Below are positions 1 to 10,324 of a stretch of DNA of 64,000 bases, piece by piece. The translations under genes were made by a program, and so were the position numbers. Each line of letters begins with the position of its first letter. Within the stretch, counting starts at the first letter, position 1. The notes below the pieces were generated by a model. The model saw nothing but the letters and a program-made list of their open reading frames with translations, had not been told where the DNA came from and did not search any database. This DNA is from Candidatus Omnitrophota bacterium (GTDB lineage: Bacteria; Omnitrophota; Gorgyraeia; Gygaellales; JBFMHM01). Where the stretch lies: the NCBI GenBank assembly GCA_040753015.1, contig JBFMHM010000002.1:193126-257125 (forward strand). The letters run 5' to 3'.

Positions 1-2
1 TT

Positions 3-344
3 ATTCTTGGCATAGTCGCCTACTCCAATCAAGCAAAAAGATCATTATTAAAAATTTCAAAACAGGTTATAGAAAAATACGGGCCGGTAAGCAGAGAAAT
101 AGCTATTTTGCTTGCAAAACAAATATCGAAAATTGCAAAATCTGACATAGGTATAGGCATAACAGGAATCGCCGGGCCAACAGGTGGATCAAAATTAAAA
201 CCTGTCGGTCTTATTTTTATCGCGCTGCATTTTAATAAAAAAACCACCTGTAAAAAATTTAATTTCGTTGGCAACCGTTTAGAAATTAAGAAAAAAACTG
301 CTGATAGCGCTTTAAAACTTATTGAACAATGCCTAGCAAAATAA
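3..344 (+). CDS. cinA: CinA/PncC-type nicotinamide-nucleotide amidohydrolase, C-terminal part (5'-truncated by window)
   Basis: Frame open from position 3 (ILGIVAYSNQAK...GPVSREIA); GITGIAGPTGGSKLKPVGL motif; next to thpR. Confidence 0.88.
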   Translation: MLGIVAYSNQAKRSLLKISKQVIEKYGPVSREIAILLAKQISKIAKSDIGIGITGIAGPTGGSKLKPVGLIFIALHFNKKTTCKKFNFVGNRLEIKKKTADSALKLIEQCLAK

Positions 345-901
345 GGGCTTTTATTGCTATCGAATTAGAATCTAAGGTAAAAGATAAAATTTCTCAAATT
401 CAGAATATATTACAGAAAACAAACGCTGATGCCAAATGGGTAAACCCAAAAAACATACACTTAACCTTAAAATTTTTAGGATATATTGACCAAGAAAAAA
501 GTGAAAAAATTAAACAAGTAATTGATCAAACCGCAGAAAACTTTCAAAGCTTTTCAATTGAAACATCTCAAATTGGCATATTCCCACAAAAAGGAACACC
601 GAGAGTAATTTGGATTGGAATTAAAAAAGGCAAAGAGACTTTAGAAAAAATAACCAGCAAAATAGAAGAAAAAATTGAAAAATTAGGTATCAAAAAAGAA
701 AATCGACCATTTCAAAGTCATGCCACTATTGCAAGAATTCGTAGCCCTAAAAACAAACAAATATTATTAACAGAAATCAAGCGAATAAATGAAGCTATCG
801 ACACTGAAATTCAAACCATAAGTGCCATAGCTCTATTTAGAAGTACCCTTAGTCCGTCTGGACCAACTTACAGCCTAATACACAAAGCTAAATTACAATA
901 A
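329..901 (+). CDS. thpR: RNA 2',3'-cyclic phosphodiesterase (2H phosphoesterase)
   Basis: RAFIAI start, two HxT motifs (HLTLKFLG, HATIAR), ends with STLSPSGPTY. Confidence 0.93.
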   Translation: MPSKIRAFIAIELESKVKDKISQIQNILQKTNADAKWVNPKNIHLTLKFLGYIDQEKSEKIKQVIDQTAENFQSFSIETSQIGIFPQKGTPRVIWIGIKKGKETLEKITSKIEEKIEKLGIKKENRPFQSHATIARIRSPKNKQILLTEIKRINEAIDTEIQTISAIALFRSTLSPSGPTYSLIHKAKLQ

Positions 902-1645
902 CTAAAATTTATAGCTAGCTCTCAATGTTCCGCCATAAGATATAAGCTTGTTTTCCGGCCATTCATTGATAAGAGCATTCTGGAGTTTATCGTTTTTATC
1001 TTGTTTCTGATATTCCCAAAATCCGCCTAATGCAAGCATGAGCTTATCTGTAACTTTATAGCCTACTTCTAACAAAGCATCAGCAATATAGCCATTGTTG
1101 CCCTTAAAATCACCTAAAACATTGTCGTCAACGCGATTGCTAAAAATGTATGCGTATCCACCTTGGCCTGAAAGAATTAGTTTATCGGTTACTTTAAAAT
1201 CTAACAAATTTTCCATCAATATTAAGGCCTTTAATATTAGTATCATTATTTGCGTATGGGCCTATGTCTTTAATATTCCATTCTTCATTGCGGGTTTTAC
1301 TACCAAATATCCCAACCGTAAGCCCTGGAATAAAATGTTTTCCATATAAATTTTTGCATCAAAATCAATTTTTGCAAAAGCGGCACTCCAGTCACTTTCA
1401 ACAGGATATACGTCATAAGATTGTCTATAGCTCATATTCCCGCCATAGCCCTTTATACCCAATTCTAGCCTATCAAGAAATTTTCTATAAAGCGATTTTG
1501 ACACATAAGGAGCATCACAAGTTTTTGCCTCTTTAACCATCACTGCGCTACTATTTAATCCAACATCCGCAAAGCTCTTACTTAATCCCCCTAAAACAAC
1601 AAACCCAAAAACTAAAATTAAAACAAAAATTTTCCTTACCATCAC
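902..1645 (-). pseudogene. Disrupted outer-membrane beta-barrel protein
   Basis: Signal peptide at N-terminus and C-terminal ...LRASYKF (terminal Phe). ORFs 1262-1645 and 902-1246 share a frame and are split by TAG at 1262-1264; the more protein-like reading between ~1347 and ~1205 lies in another frame. Confidence 0.65.
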
Positions 1646-1685
1646 TTCCTCTATTCTTTATAAAAACATTGAACTAAGCGTTAAA

Positions 1686-1714
1686 ATTATAATATTGCAA
1701 AATATTTGTTTCAA
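1686..1714 (-). promoter_or_regulatory. sigma70-type promoter of the beta-barrel gene
   Basis: TTGAAA-17 nt-TATAAT on the minus strand; GAGGAAG SD upstream of the start. Confidence 0.6.
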
Positions 1715-2170
1715 TTAATTATTTAAAAATGGCATGTTGAAAAATAATAAAATTCGTAATGCAGTATTTGCGTAAATTCCGGCTAAAATATCATCGCCCA
1801 TAATACCAAGTGAACCATGAAAACGCTCAATTTTTTTGGAAGGGTAAACTTTTAAACCATCAAAAGCTCGAAATAATATAAAACCTAAAAATGCAATATT
1901 TAAACTAAACGGTATAAATAATAAACTAACTAATTGTCCGCACAAATCATCAATAATTATTTTTTTGCAATCTTTTTTTCGAAAGATATATTCGGCTTTA
2001 CCACAATACAGAAAACCTAGGATAACTAACATAAAAGTTATCAAAAAATAAACTGCGGGATTTTTATATACTAAAGAATAAATTATAAGACCAAGAAAGC
2101 TACCAACTGTCCCAGGAAAAATTGGAAAATACCCAAAGAAAAATATAGTAGTAATAAGCCGCGTAATCAT
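1715..2170 (-). CDS. pgpA: Phosphatidylglycerophosphatase A
   Basis: GYFPIFPGTVGS, IIIDDLCG, FRAFDGLK, GIMGDDILAG motifs; ATG at 2170 forms ATGA overlap with pgsA. Confidence 0.92.
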   Translation of the reverse strand: MITRLITTIFFFGYFPIFPGTVGSFLGLIIYSLVYKNPAVYFLITFMLVILGFLYCGKAEYIFRKKDCKKIIIDDLCGQLVSLLFIPFSLNIAFLGFILFRAFDGLKVYPSKKIERFHGSLGIMGDDILAGIYANTALRILLFFNMPFLNN

Positions 2171-2745
2171 GATCTTAATATTATTTTTCGATTTTGCCAT
2201 AGATAAGATAATCCTGAAGTAAGAGTTAGAATAATTGCAATATCCATGACAATATAAATACTATAATGTATAATTGTATCAATTGAAGCATTCCATAAAG
2301 ACGCCCTTATAAGGTATTCTTTTATAATTATTGAAAGTAATATAAAAAATATCGCGGCCATTTGAGATACTGTCTTTTGCTTGCCGGCACGCGATGCCGC
2401 CAAAACTTTATTTTCAGCTAAGGCATAGGCTCTAAGTGTAGTAATAATAAATTCTCTAATAAAAATTAAAACTACCATCCAAACTTCAATTATATTTAAC
2501 TGAACAAAACTAATAAATGCACCTAACACCAATATCTTATCTGCAATAGGATCGAGAATTTTTCCTAAATTAGATACCTGGTTTCTATTCTTTGCCAGCC
2601 AGCCATCATAATAATCAGTTAAAGACGCAAGCACAAATATTATTAAAGCCGTTACTTTCGAAGCTAACCCCTGGCAAAAAAGAAAAAATATAAAAACAAA
2701 CGCTAAAACTATCCTGGAAAAAGTAATTTTATTTGCTAGCGTCAT
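2167..2745 (-). CDS. pgsA: CDP-diacylglycerol--glycerol-3-phosphate 3-phosphatidyltransferase
   Basis: ANKITFSR and DYYDGWLA...GKILDPIADK CDP-alcohol motif. Confidence 0.95.
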   Translation of the reverse strand: MTLANKITFSRIVLAFVFIFFLFCQGLASKVTALIIFVLASLTDYYDGWLAKNRNQVSNLGKILDPIADKILVLGAFISFVQLNIIEVWMVVLIFIREFIITTLRAYALAENKVLAASRAGKQKTVSQMAAIFFILLSIIIKEYLIRASLWNASIDTIIHYSIYIVMDIAIILTLTSGLSYLWQNRKIILRS

Positions 2746-3995
2746 AATAATTCTCCAGCTAAATCATATTCATAAGCATCAATAATCTTTACCTTCTTAA
2801 AAATACCTAAATTAAAAAGTGACTTTGTATCTATTATCACCTGGTTATCGACTTCTGGCGCATCAGCCTGTGTACGCGCTAAATAACCACTATGAATCTT
2901 TTCATCAATTAAAACTTCTTTTATCTGGCCAATCAAAGACTGGTTTAATTTTAATGATATATTCTTTTGCTTATTCATCAAAATATCTAAACGTTGTCTT
3001 TTAATTGAATCTTCAATATGGCCTGAAAAATTATAGGCCTGCGTACCTTCTTCTTTAGAGTATATAAAAGCTCCCAGCCGCTGGAATTTTTGCATCTCTA
3101 CAAAATTAACCAGTTCTTCAAATTCAGCGGCAGTTTCTGAAGGGAACCCAACAATGATACTTGTCCGAATAGTTAAATTCTTTATTTCATTTCTTAATTT
3201 ATCAATCAAATTGTTGATTTCTTTTTTTGTAATTTGCCTATTCATTAGTTTTAATATCCTATCATTTATATGCTGAATAGGTAAATCAATATACTTACAA
3301 ATCCTGGGTTCGGTTTTTATCAAACTAATTAACTCGTTATCGATATGCCTTGGATGAAGATAAAGCAATCGAAACCATTTAATATTCTTTGATTTTTTTA
3401 GAATTAGTTTTAAAAGAGCAGCAAGATTAATTTCATTTTTTAAATCCAACCCATAAGAAGAAATATCCTGTCCAATAATATTAAGTTCTGAGATTTTACG
3501 CCTATCAAAATATTCTACATCGGAAAGAACATCCTTTGGTTTTTGGCTCTTAAGATCACCTTTAATCTGCGGAATACAACAATAGCTACAATTATTAGAA
3601 CATCCTTCAGCGATTTTCAGATAACCAATATGTTTTGGTGTTAAACTAAACCTATTGTGATATCCTGATGAAGAAATTCGCCCAATAAAAGCATCTACTT
3701 CTTTAAATTCTTTCTCTAAAACAGCGCTGTAACGTTGAACAAGGCATCCTGCAACTATTATTTTTTTTAACTTTGCCTTTTTCTTAAGATCGATAAGATC
3801 AAGAATAGTATCAATCGATTCTTTCTTTGCATCTTCAATAAAACTACAAGTATTAACTATCGCTATATCGGCGTTTTTTAGGTCTGATACAATCCTGTAT
3901 TTCTTTTTATTTAAACCGCCGAGAATCACCTCAGAATCAACTAAGTTACGAGGGCATCCTAGGCTAATAATCCCTACGGTTATCCTAGAAATCAT
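2742..3995 (-). CDS. rimO: Ribosomal protein S12 methylthiotransferase
   Basis: SLGCPRNLVDSE, NTCSFI, CSNNCSYC radical-SAM motif, DAPEVD TRAM tail. Confidence 0.94.
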   Translation of the reverse strand: MISRITVGIISLGCPRNLVDSEVILGGLNKKKYRIVSDLKNADIAIVNTCSFIEDAKKESIDTILDLIDLKKKAKLKKIIVAGCLVQRYSAVLEKEFKEVDAFIGRISSSGYHNRFSLTPKHIGYLKIAEGCSNNCSYCCIPQIKGDLKSQKPKDVLSDVEYFDRRKISELNIIGQDISSYGLDLKNEINLAALLKLILKKSKNIKWFRLLYLHPRHIDNELISLIKTEPRICKYIDLPIQHINDRILKLMNRQITKKEINNLIDKLRNEIKNLTIRTSIIVGFPSETAAEFEELVNFVEMQKFQRLGAFIYSKEEGTQAYNFSGHIEDSIKRQRLDILMNKQKNISLKLNQSLIGQIKEVLIDEKIHSGYLARTQADAPEVDNQVIIDTKSLFNLGIFKKVKIIDAYEYDLAGELL

Positions 3996-4792
3996 TTATT
4001 AATATCTATACCGTCTTTAGTAATTAAAATTTTCTTTATTACCTGCCCCCGGCTTCCTAAAGAAGGTAATATTCTTCCGTTTAACTGTAATTCAAGGCCC
4101 CCCGCATTGCCAACAGCTAATTCTAACTTTTCTTTAGCAACCCAAACTTCGGTGTTGCCTTTTTGCAAAACATTTTGGAATACTGTCCTTCCATCGCTTT
4201 TAATCCTTAACCATGAATTTTGTTTTGCATGAATCGTAAGGCTTAGGCTACCCTTAATCGCAAAAGAAGTATTAGTTGTTTTATCTAATTGCTTAGTTTT
4301 AATAGGCGTAGAATTTCCTTGGGATCTCTGTTTTGCTTTATTTTTTTGCTGTAAAAATGAAGTTTTTTCTTTTGGTTTTACAATATTCTTTGGCCGTGCT
4401 AAAAAAAGACCTATAATTATAATCAAGGGGATTGCAAAAATTAATTTTATCCATTTTGGATTAAAATCTACCCTTTTTTTCTGTTTTTCTTGTTCTTCTT
4501 TCGGCTTATCTTTTTTAAATTTTGGTATTTCTCTATGTTGTAATTTTATAGGCTCCATTTCCTGGACTTCAGATTTTCTTGGCTGAGGGATAAAATTATT
4601 TGGATCTAAACCCAAAAATTTACAATAAATTTTCAAGAACCCTCTTAAATAAACAGGATTAATCGTATCAAATTGATTGTCTTCGATAGCCCTAAGAACT
4701 TTCTCTTGGAGTTTTGTTCCTTCTTTAAGTTGTTCGAAAGAAATGTTCTTTGATTCTCTTATTTTTTTTAACTGATTACCTATTGGTTCCAT
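3992..4792 (-). CDS. rodZ: RodZ-like HTH / DUF4115 membrane protein
   Basis: N-terminal HTH with YLRGFLKIYCKFLGL, one TM segment, C-terminal GNAGGLELQLNG. Confidence 0.82.
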   Translation of the reverse strand: MEPIGNQLKKIRESKNISFEQLKEGTKLQEKVLRAIEDNQFDTINPVYLRGFLKIYCKFLGLDPNNFIPQPRKSEVQEMEPIKLQHREIPKFKKDKPKEEQEKQKKRVDFNPKWIKLIFAIPLIIIIGLFLARPKNIVKPKEKTSFLQQKNKAKQRSQGNSTPIKTKQLDKTTNTSFAIKGSLSLTIHAKQNSWLRIKSDGRTVFQNVLQKGNTEVWVAKEKLELAVGNAGGLELQLNGRILPSLGSRGQVIKKILITKDGIDINK

Positions 4793-6959
4793 TTTCTTGG
4801 CCTAAATTTAATAATGCATCTTTTTGTTCTTTTAACCACGCATCCCTATCAATAAGAATTTTGCGCGGCTTGCTGCCTTCGAATGGGCCTACAATCCCAT
4901 CGCGCTCCATTGCATCTATAAGACGAGCTGCGCGCGTATAACCTAGTCTCATGCGCCTTTGCAAAATTGATACGGACGCCTGATTGCTTTCTAAAACTGT
5001 TTTAACCGCATCATCGAATAGTTCATCTTTTTCTGAATCACCAGTAAACGAATGGCTTTCTTGTTTTAAAATTTCTTCATTAAATTGAGGCGAAGCCTGC
5101 TGTTTAATAAACTCAACAATCCTTTCTATTTCCTTATCTTTAACCAACGCCCCTTGAGCCCTAATCAGTTTTGCTTCGCCAGGCTTCAGAAATAAAAGGT
5201 CTCCGCGGCCTAAAAGTTTATCTGCTCCGTTAGAATCTAAAACTGTGCGGGAATCAACTTTAGAAGCCACCTGAAAAGAAACTCTTGCTGGAAAATTCGC
5301 TTTTATAACACCGGTAATAACATCGACTGACGGCCTCTGGGTAGCCAAAATTAAATGAATACCAACAGCTCTTGATAATTGTGCAAGGCGCGCAATTGAA
5401 GTTTCTATATGATTTGCTGCAACCGCCATAAGATCGGCTAACTCATCAATTAAAACAACAATATAATGCATTTTTTCATTTGGCTCTTTTTCATTAAAAG
5501 CTGTAATATTCCTTGCGCCGCTTGCAGCAAGCCTCCTGTATCTTTCTTCCATCTCACTAACAAGCCAAGACAACGCCGCCTGGGCCTTTTTTGCATCAGT
5601 TACAACTGGACAAATTAAATGTGGCAGGCCATTAAATGGAGCAAGCTCTACCATTTTCGGATCAACCATAATAAACTTAACATCATCTGGCGAAGCCCGA
5701 TACAGCATAGAAAGAATTAACCCGTTAACGCAAACGGTTTTGCCAGAACCAGTAGTCCCGGCAATCAAAAGATGAGGCATATCAGCTAAATCTGCAACGA
5801 GCGGTTTACCAGCAATATCCTTGCCTAAAGCAAGGCTAATTTTAGAATTAGTCTCTTGAAATTCTCTGGAACCAAGTACCTCTTTTAAATAGACTAAGCC
5901 CATCTGCGTATTTGGAACCTCAATACCTACGCGAGCTTTTCCCGGAATAGGAGCCACAATACGAACCGTCGGTGCTTTCATCGCAAGCGCTATATCATCG
6001 CTTAAAGAAACTATTCTTTGAATTTTTACCCCTGGTGCCGGCTCAAGCTCATAACGAGTAATAACTGGGCCGCGCTCAATATCAGTAACTTTAACCATCA
6101 GGTTAAAATCAGATAAAGTATCTTCTAGTATTCTCGCATTAGACTCAAGATCTTCCTTAACCTGCCTTGCTCCCACTGGCGGGGGTGATTCAAGTAAATC
6201 AATGCTTGGTAATTTATAATCACCAATTTTATGAATAACTTTCGGCTTAAAATCATCTTTCTTATTAACTTCTTTTTCTTTTAACTCTTTTGGCTGAAAA
6301 ATTTGAATTCGCGGCGGTTCTTTAATAGAAATGGGCAGAGGAGCTAAAGCCGGCTTACTCTCTTTAATACTAGGAATATTCGACTCTTTAATTTTAGGTT
6401 TTGTTCTGCGCCTAAAAAAACCTAATATTATCTGTTTGGCCATAACAATAAAATCTATGAAAATTTTTGAGAACAAAATTTCCATTACTAATATTAATGA
6501 AGCAAGCCCCAAAGACATTACTATAATATAAGCGCCTATTGTACCAAAATATTTAGTTAGGAATATTGAAATTATGCTTCCTGATGCTCCTGCGCGAGTA
6601 AATCGAGCGCTTAACGAGCTATCGCCAATCAATGAAAGAATAGCGCTTAACGAGAACAAAAGAACTAAAAATCCTATTATTTTTGCCGGACGCCACTTAA
6701 TTTCTTCATCACCGAATTTCTTCATCGACCACAAGAACAAAATAACAGTAATCAAAAAACTTGCATATCCCCAGATAAAATTAAGGCCGAAAGCAATATA
6801 AGCACCAAAAACTTTAACAAAATTTTTTGCAGGGATATTTGAATGGGATGATAATAAAGATAGGTCGGATGGCGTATAAGATATAAGGCTTAAAAAAACT
6901 AAAATCGCAAAAGCAAAAAGCAATATTGCTTTTATTTCATTTATTATCTTGGGTTTCAC
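4776..6959 (-). CDS. ftsK: DNA translocase FtsK/SpoIIIE
   Basis: N-terminal TMs, PHLLIAGTTGSGKT, LATQRPSVDVITG, gamma domain LQRRMRLGYTRAARLID. Confidence 0.96.
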   Translation of the reverse strand: MKPKIINEIKAILLFAFAILVFLSLISYTPSDLSLLSSHSNIPAKNFVKVFGAYIAFGLNFIWGYASFLITVILFLWSMKKFGDEEIKWRPAKIIGFLVLLFSLSAILSLIGDSSLSARFTRAGASGSIISIFLTKYFGTIGAYIIVMSLGLASLILVMEILFSKIFIDFIVMAKQIILGFFRRRTKPKIKESNIPSIKESKPALAPLPISIKEPPRIQIFQPKELKEKEVNKKDDFKPKVIHKIGDYKLPSIDLLESPPPVGARQVKEDLESNARILEDTLSDFNLMVKVTDIERGPVITRYELEPAPGVKIQRIVSLSDDIALAMKAPTVRIVAPIPGKARVGIEVPNTQMGLVYLKEVLGSREFQETNSKISLALGKDIAGKPLVADLADMPHLLIAGTTGSGKTVCVNGLILSMLYRASPDDVKFIMVDPKMVELAPFNGLPHLICPVVTDAKKAQAALSWLVSEMEERYRRLAASGARNITAFNEKEPNEKMHYIVVLIDELADLMAVAANHIETSIARLAQLSRAVGIHLILATQRPSVDVITGVIKANFPARVSFQVASKVDSRTVLDSNGADKLLGRGDLLFLKPGEAKLIRAQGALVKDKEIERIVEFIKQQASPQFNEEILKQESHSFTGDSEKDELFDDAVKTVLESNQASVSILQRRMRLGYTRAARLIDAMERDGIVGPFEGSKPRKILIDRDAWLKEQKDALLNLGQENGTNR

Positions 6960-9033
6960 TGTCTACTCGTTTTTTACTAAGACGAATTTTTCCTGCATCA
7001 TCGATTTCAGTGACTTTAACCCGGACTATATCTCCAACTTTAACTACATCTTCAACATTTTTAACAAAACGATCGGCAAGCTCGGAAACATGAATTAAGC
7101 CCTCTTTATTAGGAAGTATCTCGCAAAATGCACCGAAATTCGTGACACGGGTAATTTTACCCTCATAGATTTTTCCAATTTCTGCTTCTTCCGTAAGCCC
7201 ACGCACAATAGCGACTGCTTTCTCTTGTGCCTTGGCATCATTTGAAGAAATCAATACAGAACCATCATCTTCTATATCAATCTGCACACCGGTATCCTGA
7301 ATAATTTTTCTTATTGTTTTACCCCCCGGCCCGATTAATCCACCGATTTTTTCTGGGTTAATTTTTATTGTTACAATTCTTGGAGCATAACTAGATAATT
7401 CTGTCCGCGGTAAAGATAAAGTTTGCTTCATTTTTTCTAAAATTAAAAGGCGGGCTTCTTTTGCCTGATAAAGAGCATCCTCTAATAATTTTAAACTAAT
7501 CCCCTTAATTTTTAAATCAAGCTGCACAGCGGTAACTCCGTCTTTAGTCCCGGCAACCTTAAAATCCATATCACCAAAATGATCCTCAAGGCCGCTTATA
7601 TCTGTCAAAATAACTGTCTGGTTACCATCTTTAACTAATCCAAGCGCAACACCGGCAACAGGAGCTTTTATCGGAACACCTGCATCCATCAAAGCGAGCG
7701 TTGAAGCACAAACCGTTGCCATACTTGATGAACCATTAGACTCTAGAATCTCTGATACAACCCTTACGGTATAAGGGAATTCTTCTTTTGTAGGCATAAT
7801 CGCCTTAAGCGCTTTTTCGGCTAATGCACCGTGCCCGATTTCGCGCCTACCTGGCCCACGAACAGGTTTAATCTCACCAACGCTAAATGGTGGAAAGCTG
7901 TAATGCAGCATAAATGCCTTTGTAGTTTCACCTTCAAGCGCCTCAATCATCTGTTCATCGGCGGCTGTGCCAAGCGTTGTTACAGCAAGACTTTGTGTTG
8001 CTCCTCTCGTAAACAAACTTGATCCGTGAGTCCTTGGTAAAACCCCAACTTCACAAGTAATCGGGCGGATTTCTTTTTGGCCACGGCCATCAATCCTAAT
8101 CTTCTTATCTAAGATATATTTCCTTACTTTCTCGCTCTCCGCTTCAATCAACGCAGCCTTTATGTCACAATCAGCGCACTCATCTGAAACAAATTGTGCC
8201 TCTAGTTCCTTACAAAGAACATTGAGAGCTTCCTCCCGCTCTTCCTTTTCAGAAATACTGCAAATTTCATTTAACCTATTTTCTGCGGCAACCCTAACCT
8301 GTGAAATTATCTGCGCGTTAACCTTTTTAAATATCGGTTGTATCTTCTCTTTGCCAGCATCTTTTATAAATTCTTCTTGCAACTCAATCAAATGCAAATA
8401 ATTTTTATGGCCAAATTTTATTGCATCTAAAATCACTTCCTCGCTTAACATTTTTGACCTAATTTCTAGCATACAAACTTCATCTTTTGTGCCAACAACA
8501 ACAACATCAATATCTGATTCTTGACTTTGCGCATATGTTGGATTAAGCACGAAATTACCATTAATTCTACCTACTCTTACGACCCCTAGCGGACCGCCAA
8601 AAGGAATCTCTGAAATAGACAATGCACAAGATGCACCTAGAACAGCCAAAACATCTGGGTCATTTTCTCCATCACTAGACAAAACCATTGCCATAACCTG
8701 AACTTCATTTAAAAGATCTTTTGGAAACAACGGCCTTATAGGCCTATCTATCAAACGGCTGATTAAAATTTCGTTTTCTGACGGCCTTCCTTCGCGCTTG
8801 AAATACCCCCCAGGAATTCTTCCCGCAGCGTAAGTTTTTTCTTGATATTCAACAGTTAGAGGAAAAAAATCAATGCCCTCTTTTGCCTCCTTTGAAACAC
8901 AAGCAGTAACAAGTACACATGTACCGCCATACTGGACATAAACAGCGCCACTGGACTGCTTTGCCATATGGCCAGTTTCTAATAAAAGTGTACGGCCGGC
9001 AAACTCAATTGATGCCTTTTTTTGTTTTTGCAT
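6937..9033 (-). CDS. pnp: Polyribonucleotide nucleotidyltransferase
   Basis: FFPLTVEYQEK, RREIGHG, SNGSSSMA, DMDFKVAG motifs; KH and S1 domains. Confidence 0.98.
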   Translation of the reverse strand: MQKQKKASIEFAGRTLLLETGHMAKQSSGAVYVQYGGTCVLVTACVSKEAKEGIDFFPLTVEYQEKTYAAGRIPGGYFKREGRPSENEILISRLIDRPIRPLFPKDLLNEVQVMAMVLSSDGENDPDVLAVLGASCALSISEIPFGGPLGVVRVGRINGNFVLNPTYAQSQESDIDVVVVGTKDEVCMLEIRSKMLSEEVILDAIKFGHKNYLHLIELQEEFIKDAGKEKIQPIFKKVNAQIISQVRVAAENRLNEICSISEKEEREEALNVLCKELEAQFVSDECADCDIKAALIEAESEKVRKYILDKKIRIDGRGQKEIRPITCEVGVLPRTHGSSLFTRGATQSLAVTTLGTAADEQMIEALEGETTKAFMLHYSFPPFSVGEIKPVRGPGRREIGHGALAEKALKAIMPTKEEFPYTVRVVSEILESNGSSSMATVCASTLALMDAGVPIKAPVAGVALGLVKDGNQTVILTDISGLEDHFGDMDFKVAGTKDGVTAVQLDLKIKGISLKLLEDALYQAKEARLLILEKMKQTLSLPRTELSSYAPRIVTIKINPEKIGGLIGPGGKTIRKIIQDTGVQIDIEDDGSVLISSNDAKAQEKAVAIVRGLTEEAEIGKIYEGKITRVTNFGAFCEILPNKEGLIHVSELADRFVKNVEDVVKVGDIVRVKVTEIDDAGKIRLSKKRVDSETQDNK

Positions 9034-9034
9034 T

Positions 9035-9310
9035 TTATAATCCTAGTTTTTTTATAAGTTCTTCGTGCTTTTTGGGTTGGGATTTCTTGAGGTAATCAAG
9101 AAGCCGTTTACGCCTGCCAACAAGCATTAGAAGCCCGCGGCGGGAGGCAAAATCTTTTTTATGAGCTTTAAAATGTTCGTTCAAATCATTAATTCTTTTC
9201 GTCAAAAGCGCAATTTGTACCGCGCTTGAACCAGTATCTTTTTCGTGAATTTTAAAATCTTTTGATATCTTTGTCTTCTCTGTCTTAGTTATTTTCTTAT
9301 TTGAAACCAC
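9035..9310 (-). CDS. rpsO: 30S ribosomal protein S15
   Basis: [24 protein letters not shown]; directly upstream of pnp. Confidence 0.97.
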   Translation of the reverse strand: MVSNKKITKTEKTKISKDFKIHEKDTGSSAVQIALLTKRINDLNEHFKAHKKDFASRRGLLMLVGRRKRLLDYLKKSQPKKHEELIKKLGL

Positions 9311-9355
9311 TTCATTCCTCCATATTTAATAAATTAGTTGTTAAAAGTAATAATT

Positions 9356-9384
9356 AGTATATCTTTAATAGCTTTGTGCGTCAA
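9356..9384 (-). promoter_or_regulatory. sigma70-type promoter of rpsO-pnp
   Basis: TTGACG-17 nt-TATACT; GGAGG SD before the GTG start. Confidence 0.7.
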
Positions 9385-10046
9385 GGAATATTTACTGTAA
9401 GCGGCAAAGAAATATCGCCAACGACTATTTTGCCAGCATATTTATTTGCTATTTTTTTAACCAAACCTTTCTTCATCAAACCAAACGTAATTGTCTTTTT
9501 GGCAATGATTGCATTACCTAAAGGCTTTCCTGTATCCGCATCTAAACCTGAGGGAACATCTAAAGCTAAAACTGGTATTTTACTCATATTAATAGTATTA
9601 AATAACCCCTGATAAAATTCATTAAGCCTACCCTTTAAACCAATACCAAAAATAGCATCGATAATTAAATCATATCGCTTAATTTCTTTTTTAAGCCTGG
9701 CAAAAGCATTGGCCTCTTTAATTAATCTAATTTTTTGCTTCATCTTACATAAAATTTGATAGTTTAATTTTGATTCTTGACTAAGTTCTCTATTTTTGCC
9801 TACTAAATAAACTTGAACCTTTATTCCTTTGTTTAATAAATGCCTTACAACAACAAAACCATCGCCTCCATTATTCCCATAGCCACAAAAAACTGCAGCA
9901 CGTCCGTTTTTAGGAAACATTTTTAATGCCTCTTCGCTGGCTGACCGGCCGGCATTTTCCATTAAAATTAATGCGGGTAACCCATAGCGGTTTATTACCG
10001 TAGCATCTAACTTTTTCATTTGTGATGCGCTAATAACTTTTGGCAT
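9381..10046 (-). CDS. nnrE: NAD(P)H-hydrate epimerase (stand-alone YjeF-N)
   Basis: LMENAG, CGYGNNGGDG, DAIFGIGL, DVPSGL motifs. Confidence 0.92.
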   Translation of the reverse strand: MPKVISASQMKKLDATVINRYGLPALILMENAGRSASEEALKMFPKNGRAAVFCGYGNNGGDGFVVVRHLLNKGIKVQVYLVGKNRELSQESKLNYQILCKMKQKIRLIKEANAFARLKKEIKRYDLIIDAIFGIGLKGRLNEFYQGLFNTINMSKIPVLALDVPSGLDADTGKPLGNAIIAKKTITFGLMKKGLVKKIANKYAGKIVVGDISLPLTVNIP

Positions 10047-10051
10047 AGTTT

Positions 10052-10246
10052 TTAACGGTTATTTAAATAATTCTCAATTGAGCGATCGTATGTAGCTTCG
10101 GTTTTTTCGTCAAAGTAACAAGCTGGAAGCTGGCCAACTTTTCTATGGTATGCCAAGCACTCACAACATATCCCGTGCCTTGGACATCCGCTATAAGTAC
10201 AATTACACATTTTATTATTTTTCTTTAAATTAATACATTCGCTCAT
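10052..10246 (-). CDS. Small Cys-rich protein (DUF6485-like)
   Basis: CNCTYSGCPRHGICCECLAYH...QLPACYF pattern; GGAG SD. Confidence 0.72.
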   Translation of the reverse strand: MSECINLKKNNKMCNCTYSGCPRHGICCECLAYHRKVGQLPACYFDEKTEATYDRSIENYLNNR

Positions 10247-10324
10247 AGAATTTATTCTCCAATTACTTGCACAACTATTTGGCGTTCTCTGTGGACATAA
10301 TGTTTATTGCATTAATAATTATCC

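Noticed and set aside
1262-1264. TAG readthrough or recoding in the barrel gene
   Set aside because: Other genes in the window end in TAG normally, and the alternative frame explains the region better.
10280-10300. TGTGGACATAA as a DnaA box / origin
   Set aside because: Two extra bases relative to TGTGGATAA, single copy, and no origin context.
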